Assembly (NCBI GenBank): GCA_045564015.1
Contig: JBJLIB010000015.1
Span: 1,913 to 65,912, forward strand
Direction of reading: 5' to 3'
Length of the DNA: 64,000 bases
Source of the DNA: Gammaproteobacteria bacterium
Lineage (GTDB): Bacteria > Pseudomonadota > Gammaproteobacteria > Magnimaribacterales > D2472
Shown one piece after another: positions 39,570 to 48,042 of the stretch. Under the pieces are notes generated by a model. It saw only the letters and a program-made list of their open reading frames with translations, was not told the DNA's origin and did not search any database. The stretch's first letter is position 1. Every line of letters begins with the position of its first letter. The translations under genes and the position numbers were made by a program.

Positions 39570-41404
39570 TGATTTTTGAAGAGAGACAGATTGAAAAAAA
39601 TAACTTTTCTTCAAGAGCAATTTTACTTTTTAGTGTAATCATCCTCGTGCTAATTCTCGTGCTCATACAGGTTTTTACCTTGCAAATTTCCGGCTACACA
39701 GATTATCAGCTTGCCGCATTAAAAAACAAAAATTATGAAGTCCCTGTTCAGGCTCTCAGGGGTGAAATTTTTGACAGAAACGGAAGAGCACTTGTTAAAA
39801 ATGAACCAACTTTTGATTTAATTACTCAACCCAGTCTTATCTTAGATATAGATTCTTTTTTAGAAAAGATTCAACCAGTTATCTATCTATCTGAAACTGA
39901 AAAAACAAGATATCAAAATCTCCAAAAAGAAAAAGCATTTGTAAATAAAGAACTGGTTTTAAAAAAAGATCTTTCTGACGAGGAAATTGCTAGATTCAAT
40001 GTAAGAAGTTTTAATTTTCAGAATGCATTCATTGCAAAACGCTATAGAAGAATTAGTGATTATCCAGATATTTTTTCTCATGTTTTAGGTTATACCTCAA
40101 GAACAGAGGATTATTTTAATTCAGTCCCTGAAATTCCCCGAAGTCATTGGAAGGATGCAGAATTAGAATACGCTCATGGTCTTATTAGAGGTAAGACAGG
40201 ATTAGAGGAAATATATGATGATCTTTTGAGAGGTCAGCATGGGCAAAGGGTGTATGAGATGAATGCAAGAGGACAATTTTTGCAACCATTATCTTTTATT
40301 AAGCCTAAAAAAGGATCTGATTTATATACTAATTTAGATATTGATGCTCAAAAAAGTGCAGCACAATTTCTTGGAAACAGAAAAGGTGCGGTTGTCGCGA
40401 TAGACCTAGATTCTGGAGGTATTAATGTTTTATACAGCTCACCTGCATACTCAATAAATAAGTTATCAAATGGTATGACTGAAAATGAATTTCAAACTTT
40501 AATTAATGATCAGAATAAACCTTTTTTTAATAGAGCATTACAAGGAAGGTATCCGCCAGCATCAACAATAAAGCCTGCGATTGGTATGTATGGATTGTTA
40601 AATAATATTGTGAGTTGGGACTTTGAGATGAAGGATCCTGGATTTTTTACGTTACCTGAGACTGGCAGAATCTTTAGAGGGTGGCGTAAGGGAGGTCACG
40701 GCAAAGTAAATATGCATAAAGCATTCTTGGTGAGCTCCAATGCTTACTTCTTCTCACTTGCATATCAAGCTGACATTGCAGAATTATCTGATCATTTATC
40801 TAGTTTGGGATTTGGGCAAAAAGTCTGCTTAGATTGCTTTGATGAAGATCAAGCATTTGTACCAACTCCTGAGTGGAAATACAGCCTGATGAATGCAGGT
40901 TGGGTAAAGGGCGATACGGTTAATTTAGGTATTGGACAAGGCTATTTAGTGGCAACTCCTATGCAGTTAGCAAACTATGCATCTCTTCTTGCTACCAAAG
41001 GACAATTTACTGAGCCCTCAATAGTGACTCTAGGTAATCAAAAAAAATCTTTAAAAGTTTGGCAAGATAGTAGATTTGATGACTCGGATTGGATAAAAAT
41101 GCATCAAGCTTTACTTGGAGTCATTGAAAGTGATTATGGAACTGCCAGGAGCATACGAGATCTTGCAAAATTTCAAGTAGCTGGAAAATCAGGCACTGCA
41201 GAGCTTGTTAGTTTAGATAGCAAAGAAGCCTATCAAGATTTAAGAACGACAGAGTCACTTAGAGATCACTCGATTATTGTTGCTTTTGGACCAATGCCCA
41301 ATCCAAGGTATGCAGTTTCTGTGGTGATCGAGAATGGTGAGAGTGGAGGCGCAGTTGCTGGGCCCGTAGCAATAGAGGTTTTAAAGAGTTTAATTAATGA
41401 ATAA
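39569..41404 (+). CDS. mrdA: penicillin-binding protein 2 (elongasome transpeptidase)
   Basis: 611 aa with an N-terminal TM anchor. Motifs are SxxK (ASTIKP), SxN (SSN) and KSGT (GKSGTAE). It sits in rlmH-mrdA-rodA synteny. Confidence 0.9.
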   Translation: MIFEERQIEKNNFSSRAILLFSVIILVLILVLIQVFTLQISGYTDYQLAALKNKNYEVPVQALRGEIFDRNGRALVKNEPTFDLITQPSLILDIDSFLEKIQPVIYLSETEKTRYQNLQKEKAFVNKELVLKKDLSDEEIARFNVRSFNFQNAFIAKRYRRISDYPDIFSHVLGYTSRTEDYFNSVPEIPRSHWKDAELEYAHGLIRGKTGLEEIYDDLLRGQHGQRVYEMNARGQFLQPLSFIKPKKGSDLYTNLDIDAQKSAAQFLGNRKGAVVAIDLDSGGINVLYSSPAYSINKLSNGMTENEFQTLINDQNKPFFNRALQGRYPPASTIKPAIGMYGLLNNIVSWDFEMKDPGFFTLPETGRIFRGWRKGGHGKVNMHKAFLVSSNAYFFSLAYQADIAELSDHLSSLGFGQKVCLDCFDEDQAFVPTPEWKYSLMNAGWVKGDTVNLGIGQGYLVATPMQLANYASLLATKGQFTEPSIVTLGNQKKSLKVWQDSRFDDSDWIKMHQALLGVIESDYGTARSIRDLAKFQVAGKSGTAELVSLDSKEAYQDLRTTESLRDHSIIVAFGPMPNPRYAVSVVIENGESGGAVAGPVAIEVLKSLINE

Positions 41405-42485
41405 ATCGTTTCAAAAAATATATTTCGATCCTTATATATTTTTTAGCCTATTCTTATTGTCCACTCTTGGTTTATTTTTTTTATTTTCCGCCTCAAATGC
41501 TGATGTAACTATTGTTTCAAAACAATTTGTTTATGTTATAGCTGGATTCATTATTATGATTTTGGTTAGCCAGCTAGATCCTGATATTTTTAGAAGGATG
41601 TCTGGATTATTTCTTTTTTTTGCATTAATACTTTTAGGCATTACATATTTATTTGGTCCTGAAATTAATGGTGCACAAAGATGGGTAAGGGTAGGCCCTT
41701 TTTCTTTTCAATCTTCAGAATTACTAAAATTGGCAGTGCCAATTTTTTTAGCTAATTTTTTATTTGATAAAAAGTTACCAATACAGAAAAAAGAGATAAC
41801 TATCAGTTTATTAATAATTTTCTCGTGTTTTGGCTTTGTTTTCCTACAGCCTGATTTAGGAACTGGATTAATTATTGCTTGTTCCGGATTATTTGTATTG
41901 TTTCTTTCAGGTTTGAGTTGGAGCTTTATAGGCGGATCTTTTATTTTATTAATTATCAGCTCTCCTTTTATTTGGAATATTTTGTTGCAGCCTTTTCAGC
42001 GTCAGAGGATTGCAACATTTTTTAATCCTGAGTCGGATCCATTTGGAGCAAGTTGGAATATCATTCAATCAAAAGTTGCCATTGGATCTGGAGGTTTGTT
42101 AGGTAAAGGTTTTGGTGAAGGCTCACAAACACAGCTCAATTTCCTTCCAGAAACAGAGACAGATTTTATCTTTTCTGTAATTGGAGAGGAATTTGGATTT
42201 CTAGGCGTGCTGTTATTGCTAAGTATTTATTTATTTATATTATTGAGATGTTTTTATCTAGCATTAAGTGCCAGAGATAGATTCTGCAGATTGGTTATAG
42301 GAGGCTTATGCTTAACTTTTGCTACAAATTTAATTATAAATTTATGTATGGTGGTAGGTTTACTGCCAGTTGTGGGCATGCCTTTACCATTTATTAGCAA
42401 AGGTGGTTCTTCTTTAATATCATTATTTCTTGCTTTTGGCATAATTATATCTATGGGCACGCATAAAAAATTCTTACCTCAATGA
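41397..42485 (+). CDS. rodA: SEDS-family peptidoglycan glycosyltransferase RodA
   Basis: 362 aa polytopic SEDS protein. Motifs are GAQRWV, QPSELLKLAV, LQPDLGT, TDFIFSVIGEEFGF and LPFISKGGSS. Confidence 0.9.
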   Translation: MNKSFQKIYFDPYIFFSLFLLSTLGLFFLFSASNADVTIVSKQFVYVIAGFIIMILVSQLDPDIFRRMSGLFLFFALILLGITYLFGPEINGAQRWVRVGPFSFQSSELLKLAVPIFLANFLFDKKLPIQKKEITISLLIIFSCFGFVFLQPDLGTGLIIACSGLFVLFLSGLSWSFIGGSFILLIISSPFIWNILLQPFQRQRIATFFNPESDPFGASWNIIQSKVAIGSGGLLGKGFGEGSQTQLNFLPETETDFIFSVIGEEFGFLGVLLLLSIYLFILLRCFYLALSARDRFCRLVIGGLCLTFATNLIINLCMVVGLLPVVGMPLPFISKGGSSLISLFLAFGIIISMGTHKKFLPQ

Positions 42486-43510
42486 AATATCTTTTTTTAC
42501 TTTGCTTTTTGCTTTCAAATAATATTATTGCAAATTATTCCCAGCATCCTGAAGCGAAGGACGTTATTGAAACCTTGGTCATGGATCATGGGTTTGATGA
42601 AAATTATATTATTGAGATTCTTGAAACTGCAAAGAAACAAGATCGAATTTTAGAATCGATGTCATCACCTGCTGAGTTTACTTGGACCTGGGATAGATAT
42701 AAAAAACTTTTCTTAGAAGATAAGCGAATTGCGAATGGCAAAAAATTTATCAAGGAAAACTCTACTTTATTTGATCAAGTTGAAAATGAGTTTGGAGTAC
42801 CTAAGGAAATTATTACTTCTATTTTAGGAGTGGAAACTAGGTATGGAAAAATCAAAGGCAGCTACAGGGTACTAGATAGTTTAACAACACTTGGCTTTGA
42901 TTTTCCTAGAAGATCAAAGTTTTTCAAAAGTGAACTCATACAATTTTTTATTCTAACAAGAGAAAACAATTTAGATATAAATTCAGTCCAAGGATCTTAT
43001 GCCGGTGCTATGGGATACGGCCAGTTTATTTCATCTAGCTATCGAGCTTATGCAATAGATTATGACGATGATGGATATGCAGACTTGTTTAATTCAATCC
43101 CAGATGCTGTAGCTAGTATTGCTAATTATCTTAAAAAACATGGCTGGAAAAGAGATGGGGTTATAGTTACACAAGTTGAACTCAATAAAGTAAACAAGAC
43201 CTATAAGCATCCAAGTAATTTAAATAAATTCATCCCTCTACAATTTACAGAAGGCCTTGAAGGTACATATCTTATTCAAGAGGGAGATAGCTTATTATCA
43301 ATAGCAATCAATAATAATATTAAATTAGAGCAACTTATGAGTATGAATAATATTAAAGATCCAAATCTTATTAAAAGTGGGCAAACCCTTTTATTAATTA
43401 AACCGAAGGATTTATATTTTATAGGTGATGATAATTTTATTGCGATTACTAAATATAATCGTAGTCATTTTTATGCTAAAGCCGTGTATGATTTATCCTT
43501 AGAATTTTAG
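42482..43510 (+). CDS. mltB: lytic murein transglycosylase B with C-terminal LysM domain
   Basis: The catalytic region is ILGVETRYG and a YAGAMGYGQF motif is present. The C-terminal YLIQEGDSLLSIAINNNIKLEQLMSMNNIKDPNLIKSGQTLLL is a LysM repeat. Confidence 0.8.
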   Translation: MKYLFLLCFLLSNNIIANYSQHPEAKDVIETLVMDHGFDENYIIEILETAKKQDRILESMSSPAEFTWTWDRYKKLFLEDKRIANGKKFIKENSTLFDQVENEFGVPKEIITSILGVETRYGKIKGSYRVLDSLTTLGFDFPRRSKFFKSELIQFFILTRENNLDINSVQGSYAGAMGYGQFISSSYRAYAIDYDDDGYADLFNSIPDAVASIANYLKKHGWKRDGVIVTQVELNKVNKTYKHPSNLNKFIPLQFTEGLEGTYLIQEGDSLLSIAINNNIKLEQLMSMNNIKDPNLIKSGQTLLLIKPKDLYFIGDDNFIAITKYNRSHFYAKAVYDLSLEF

Positions 43511-43520
43511 TTATATTGTT

Positions 43521-44678
43521 ATGAAAAAAATATTTTGTTTTATCCTTCTTGCTCCTTTTTGTATAGACGGACTTGCTCAGTCCATGGTCCCAAAGGCGCC
43601 CAAATTAAATTTAGATAGCTATATATTGCTTGAAGCTAGCACTAACACTGTAATAGCTGAGTTTAATTCGGATAATCAAATTTCTCCTGCAAGCATGACC
43701 AAGGTTATGAGTGGATATGTTATTGCAGATCAGATTGCCAGCGGAGCTATTAGTCTAGATGATGAAGTCTTAGTTAGCGAAAAAGCTTGGAAAACTGGTG
43801 GTTCTAAAATGTTTATTGAAGCAGGAAAAAGAATTTCTGTTCGCGATTTATTATCAGGCATAGTAATTCAATCTGGAAATGATGCGACTGTTGCAATGGC
43901 AGAGTATGTTGCAGGCTCTGAAGAAGGGTTTGTTGATTTTATGAATGCCTATGCATCTGAGTTAGGCCTAAACAATACCTTATTTCAAAATGCAGTGGGA
44001 TGGACGGACCCCAATCATTTTTCATCAGCTAAAGATCTAGCTTATTTATCGAAAGCGCTCATTAATAATTTTCCTGATCATTATGCAACCTATAAAGAAA
44101 AAGAATTCACCTTTAGTGATATTCGACAGCTTAATCGCAATAAGCTTTTGTGGAGAGATGATTCAGTTGATGGAGTAAAAACTGGTCATACTGAATCTGC
44201 TGGCTATTGTTTGATTTCTTCCGCTATACGTAATGATATGAGACTAATAGCAGTGGTCGCAGGCAGCCCCTCAGAAAATGAAAGGCTTACTTCGTCACAA
44301 AGACTCCTGGAGTATGGGTTTCGATTTTTTGCAACGCAGAAACTAATTTCAAAAGATTCAGAGATCACCGTTGCGAAGGTGTGGGGCGGCAAAATGGATG
44401 AGGTTGCATTAGGGACTAATGAGGATATCTTATTAACTTTGCCTCGATCAGATTTTAAAAATATAAAAGCAAATTATAAGTTTAAAAATAATATACAAGC
44501 GCCAATATCTGAGGGCGATGTAATAGGTGATATTGAATTCATCTCTAAGGATAGGGTGGTACTATCGACTCCACTTATAGCCATTGAGTCAGTTGAGGCA
44601 AAAGGTTTCTTTGGAAGAATTTGGGCTCGCATAGTTTTTTGGATCATGAGTCTATTCTCCATGGGTCAAAATGCCTGA
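43521..44678 (+). CDS. dacA: D-alanyl-D-alanine carboxypeptidase (PBP5/6 class)
   Basis: 385 aa with a signal peptide. Motifs are SxxK (PASMTKVM), SGN (IQSGNDA) and KTG (VKTGHT). It has a C-terminal amphipathic anchor. I cannot decide between dacA and dacC. Confidence 0.85.
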   Translation: MKKIFCFILLAPFCIDGLAQSMVPKAPKLNLDSYILLEASTNTVIAEFNSDNQISPASMTKVMSGYVIADQIASGAISLDDEVLVSEKAWKTGGSKMFIEAGKRISVRDLLSGIVIQSGNDATVAMAEYVAGSEEGFVDFMNAYASELGLNNTLFQNAVGWTDPNHFSSAKDLAYLSKALINNFPDHYATYKEKEFTFSDIRQLNRNKLLWRDDSVDGVKTGHTESAGYCLISSAIRNDMRLIAVVAGSPSENERLTSSQRLLEYGFRFFATQKLISKDSEITVAKVWGGKMDEVALGTNEDILLTLPRSDFKNIKANYKFKNNIQAPISEGDVIGDIEFISKDRVVLSTPLIAIESVEAKGFFGRIWARIVFWIMSLFSMGQNA

Positions 44679-45519
44679 TATCGCTGCTATATATCAGGGT
44701 AAATTAAATACGCTTGATCAAATTAGAGTATCGCCATTATCACGGGCTTATACGTTTTCAGATAGCATCTATGAAGTTATTCCATATTTTTCAGGAAAAT
44801 CTTTATGCTTTAAAGAGCATGTTGATCGAATGACCCAAAGCGCTCTTCTAATGGAGTTAAAGGTTAATTTTGAGAGCGTAATTGATGATATTCATAAACT
44901 TGCTAATACTTTAAATAACCAAGACGGTTATGTGTATTATCAAATTTCAAGAGGTGTTGATATGGTTAGATCACACCTTTATCAAGATGATCTTGAGATA
45001 GAGAGATTTGGTTATGCAATGCCTATAAGTTTTCCCTCTTCTTCTATTAGTGCGATGTTGTGTGACGATGACCGCTGGGGAAAATGTAATATTAAATCGA
45101 CTTCTTTGTTAGGCAATGTTTTGGCCATGAATAAGGCAAAATCATTGGGTTGCCAAGAAGTTGTCATGCATAGAGGAGGCTTTATGACTGAGGCAGGAGC
45201 AAGCAATGTGTTTTATTTTGATTCTACTGGAAAAGTTAGAACTTCATCTTTGTCTGAAAATATCCTTCCTGGTATTACTAGGGCAATTTTAATCAATGCA
45301 CTTAAAGATACTCCTTACTCTGTTGAAGAAGGTTGTTGCGCTATTTCAGATTTTAATGATTCACCTTGTATATGGTTAACCAGTTCAACAAAAGGTTTAT
45401 TGCCTCTTACAAACTTGATTGGAACAGAGTATCAATTTGAAGAAAATTTTAATGGTTATAAGGATGTTGCTAAATTATTTAATTCTGCAATGCAGTCGCA
45501 TCTTGCAGCTTCAGAATAA
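44671..45519 (+). CDS. dat: class IV aminotransferase, D-amino-acid transaminase-like
   Basis: 282 aa. The catalytic lysine region CNIKSTSLLGNVLAMNKA parallels Bacillus Dat CDIKSLNLLGAVLAKQ. EAGASNVFY and the ILPGITR motif are present. Confidence 0.7.
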   Translation: MPDIAAIYQGKLNTLDQIRVSPLSRAYTFSDSIYEVIPYFSGKSLCFKEHVDRMTQSALLMELKVNFESVIDDIHKLANTLNNQDGYVYYQISRGVDMVRSHLYQDDLEIERFGYAMPISFPSSSISAMLCDDDRWGKCNIKSTSLLGNVLAMNKAKSLGCQEVVMHRGGFMTEAGASNVFYFDSTGKVRTSSLSENILPGITRAILINALKDTPYSVEEGCCAISDFNDSPCIWLTSSTKGLLPLTNLIGTEYQFEENFNGYKDVAKLFNSAMQSHLAASE

Positions 45520-46477
45520 CTCTTTCAATTTGCTCCCAGGTCTCAGCCCTCATTAGACCTTTGTTAATGAGATCAATTTTTAGGATCTCTTCATTTAAAC
45601 TTAGAAATTCTTTTACCTTTGCTTGTTTTATTAAGTTTAAGTAAAGACTAATTTTAGATGACCATACCCCACTGTTCATTAATGCGGATTTTTGATTTCT
45701 AGCCTTAAGTGACTCTAAACAAGAATTAATAACTTTAGCGATTATCCAGATAATTGGAGCAGAGTTTTGACGATCATGCTCCCGCATGAAATTAATTGTC
45801 ATAAGCGCTTTTCTAAAATCTCTATTGATTAGAAGATCTTCAAGCTCAAAAGCACTGATTCCAGACCCAAAGATTATATGATCTGTTTTGGTTTCTATGA
45901 CTTCATCTTGATTTAAAAATAAAAGCCTTAGCAAGGCAACTTCATTTCTTTGACCCAAAAGATTGGCTTCATTATTTTGAAAAATTGATCCTCCAAAGAT
46001 TGGCAGTAAATCTTTTGGTAAAAAGTTTAACTGTCTTTTAAGCCATAATTTTTCTTCCATTATCTTTAATTTACCGCAATTCACGATCAAACCATGAGCA
46101 TCAAAATTTTTAATCCATGCCCCACTTGCTGGAACTTTTTCAATACTAGATTCAATAATCAATGCAATGTTTGCAGATTTAAAAATATTTTCGTCCTCAA
46201 GAAGAGATTTGATTTTTTCAGGAAATTTTCCTGAAGTATGTTTGATGTGAACAATTAGATTTTCTTGGAACAAAGAACCTCCCATATTTCTTGAGACTAT
46301 TTCTTGGGTTTTATCTAGTTCATCTTGAGATATTGATACCTTTTCATTGAATCCACTTTGCTTTAAATTATCTAAGATCGTTTCAACTGCATCTTGCTTT
46401 AAAATAAATTCTCCCCCGGTGATTAAAAAGTATTTATGATCCTTGGGATCAAGAAAATTTAAAAAATTAACTTTCAA
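45479..46477 (-). CDS. holA: DNA polymerase III subunit delta
   Basis: 332 aa. The N-terminal KYFLITGGEFILKQ pattern is delta-like. Its position directly after lptE follows the conserved leuS-lptE-holA order. Confidence 0.75.
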   Translation of the reverse strand: MKVNFLNFLDPKDHKYFLITGGEFILKQDAVETILDNLKQSGFNEKVSISQDELDKTQEIVSRNMGGSLFQENLIVHIKHTSGKFPEKIKSLLEDENIFKSANIALIIESSIEKVPASGAWIKNFDAHGLIVNCGKLKIMEEKLWLKRQLNFLPKDLLPIFGGSIFQNNEANLLGQRNEVALLRLLFLNQDEVIETKTDHIIFGSGISAFELEDLLINRDFRKALMTINFMREHDRQNSAPIIWIIAKVINSCLESLKARNQKSALMNSGVWSSKISLYLNLIKQAKVKEFLSLNEEILKIDLINKGLMRAETWEQIERVILKLQDATALQN

Positions 46478-46931
46478 TTAACCAATACTCCTTTGAAAGG
46501 CCTTCTAGTAATGAGAATTCTAACTCTTCAATAATCTTTTTCTGCGCCATCACTTCTGATTGTGGGTTAGTCTCATTAACTGAAATCCAGTCTGAGACTT
46601 GAAGCTTGCCACTTTTATTGGAGTTAATTTGCGTGAAGGTATATTCAACTTCGCCAATAATTTTTATCTGTTGCGCTCTTGCAGCAGAGCCCCCATAAAA
46701 GTTTTTCTTTTTAAACTGAAGATTTGATATTTTGAGGCTGTAATTATTATTAGATGGATCTTGCGAAAAATATTTTATTGATTTTTGTTTGAATGAATCC
46801 TTGATATTTAATCCAAACTCAATTTTATTTAAATTTATATGTCGCTCTTCAATCAAGCTAAGCTGACAACTAGAAATTATAAAAAAAGATATGAGTATTA
46901 AGAAATACTTATAAAAATTATTTTGCTCCAT
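46467..46931 (-). CDS. lptE: LPS-assembly lipoprotein LptE (called from position and lipobox)
   Basis: I trimmed the ORF-track frame to the ATG at 46931 (MEQNNFYKYFLILISFFIISSCQL), which gives a lipoprotein signal with Cys. It is about 150 aa and lies between leuS and holA. The sequence itself is not diagnostic for me. Confidence 0.55.
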   Translation of the reverse strand: MEQNNFYKYFLILISFFIISSCQLSLIEERHINLNKIEFGLNIKDSFKQKSIKYFSQDPSNNNYSLKISNLQFKKKNFYGGSAARAQQIKIIGEVEYTFTQINSNKSGKLQVSDWISVNETNPQSEVMAQKKIIEELEFSLLEGLSKEYWLIES

Positions 46932-48042
46932 CAAAAAAATCTTCAAAGCCAGATGGATCATGTCTACCAACCACTAGGTTCTCTAACATTCCAATACCCT
47001 GATCTGAGCCTAATGTTGCCTTAGCAATTTGATGCGTATGAAAAAACGTATAATCCCCTGGATCGATTTCGGATAAGTCCCAAACTTCGTAGCCGGTTTC
47101 ACTTTCACCTTTCCAGATGCCATGTTTCCATTCATCATGCTGATAGCCAATCCCTTTACAAAAGAATATTGGCCCTGTAGTTTCTAATTCTAGATCAAAC
47201 TTCTCTTTATTTTTTAGCATGCCTGATATATTTGCGCCAGTGGCCCATCGTGATCCTTTTTGCCAGTTCACAGAGTGGTGTAGAGAATGAATAGTTTCAA
47301 CTTCAATATGAGATGGAGCAGAAGACATCTTGTTATATAACGGCAATTTATGACCAGAAATTTGTGTGGTATTGCCATCTCTATCTTCGAATGTTCCAAA
47401 TTGTGTACAGAATCCGTCAAAATGAACAGGAGCCCAACACCAATAAACGCCAGGTTCTTGATTAAGCATCCCAGGAGCCCCACCTTCTGGTTCTCCTACG
47501 GGCCTGACACCCCATGATCTATCTCTGATTGCATATATTTCTTTCGGATTGAGTTTTCCAGCTTCTGTCGATATTTCACCTGTCCATTTGCCGAGTTGGG
47601 TAAATCTAATTGTATTCATGATCGTTCTAGTGCCTTCCATTAATAATGACCGAGGCTCTTGGTGCGCAATAGAGTTAGCCGTGAATTTAAGATTACAATT
47701 TAGTTTATTATCAGGATCTTTTAAGGAAAATGTAAGTTCGTTCATTGGCTCATCAATTGTTAAGCACATAGGACCAATTTTGATTGGGGTTCTATTTTGA
47801 TTTAGGCGTTGACTAGCATGATATGAATATTGTTTACCTTTATAGGAGATACTGAAGTGAGCATCAATTACATGTCTATTTGGATAGAGCCCAATGCCTA
47901 TTTCAAAAATGTATTCATTTTCAGGATCCATGCCATTGAAAAAGTATCTATCATAAAAGTTTCTATCAGTGGAACCAGGGATAGTAATTGGCTCTATTGC
48001 TTGATGAATTGGGTAGTCGTCGTATGGAGTTATGTAGTTCAT
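46918..48042 (-). CDS. conserved-looking hypothetical cytoplasmic protein, family not recognised
   Basis: 374 aa clean ORF with no signal peptide or TM helix. It is rich in W/H/D/G (RDRSWGVRPVGEPEGGAPG, GIGYQHDEWKHGIWKGE). Its ATG at 48042 directly abuts the leuS TAA at 48043-48045. Its 3' end overlaps the lptE start by 14 nt. Confidence 0.6.
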   Translation of the reverse strand: MNYITPYDDYPIHQAIEPITIPGSTDRNFYDRYFFNGMDPENEYIFEIGIGLYPNRHVIDAHFSISYKGKQYSYHASQRLNQNRTPIKIGPMCLTIDEPMNELTFSLKDPDNKLNCNLKFTANSIAHQEPRSLLMEGTRTIMNTIRFTQLGKWTGEISTEAGKLNPKEIYAIRDRSWGVRPVGEPEGGAPGMLNQEPGVYWCWAPVHFDGFCTQFGTFEDRDGNTTQISGHKLPLYNKMSSAPSHIEVETIHSLHHSVNWQKGSRWATGANISGMLKNKEKFDLELETTGPIFFCKGIGYQHDEWKHGIWKGESETGYEVWDLSEIDPGDYTFFHTHQIAKATLGSDQGIGMLENLVVGRHDPSGFEDFFDGAK

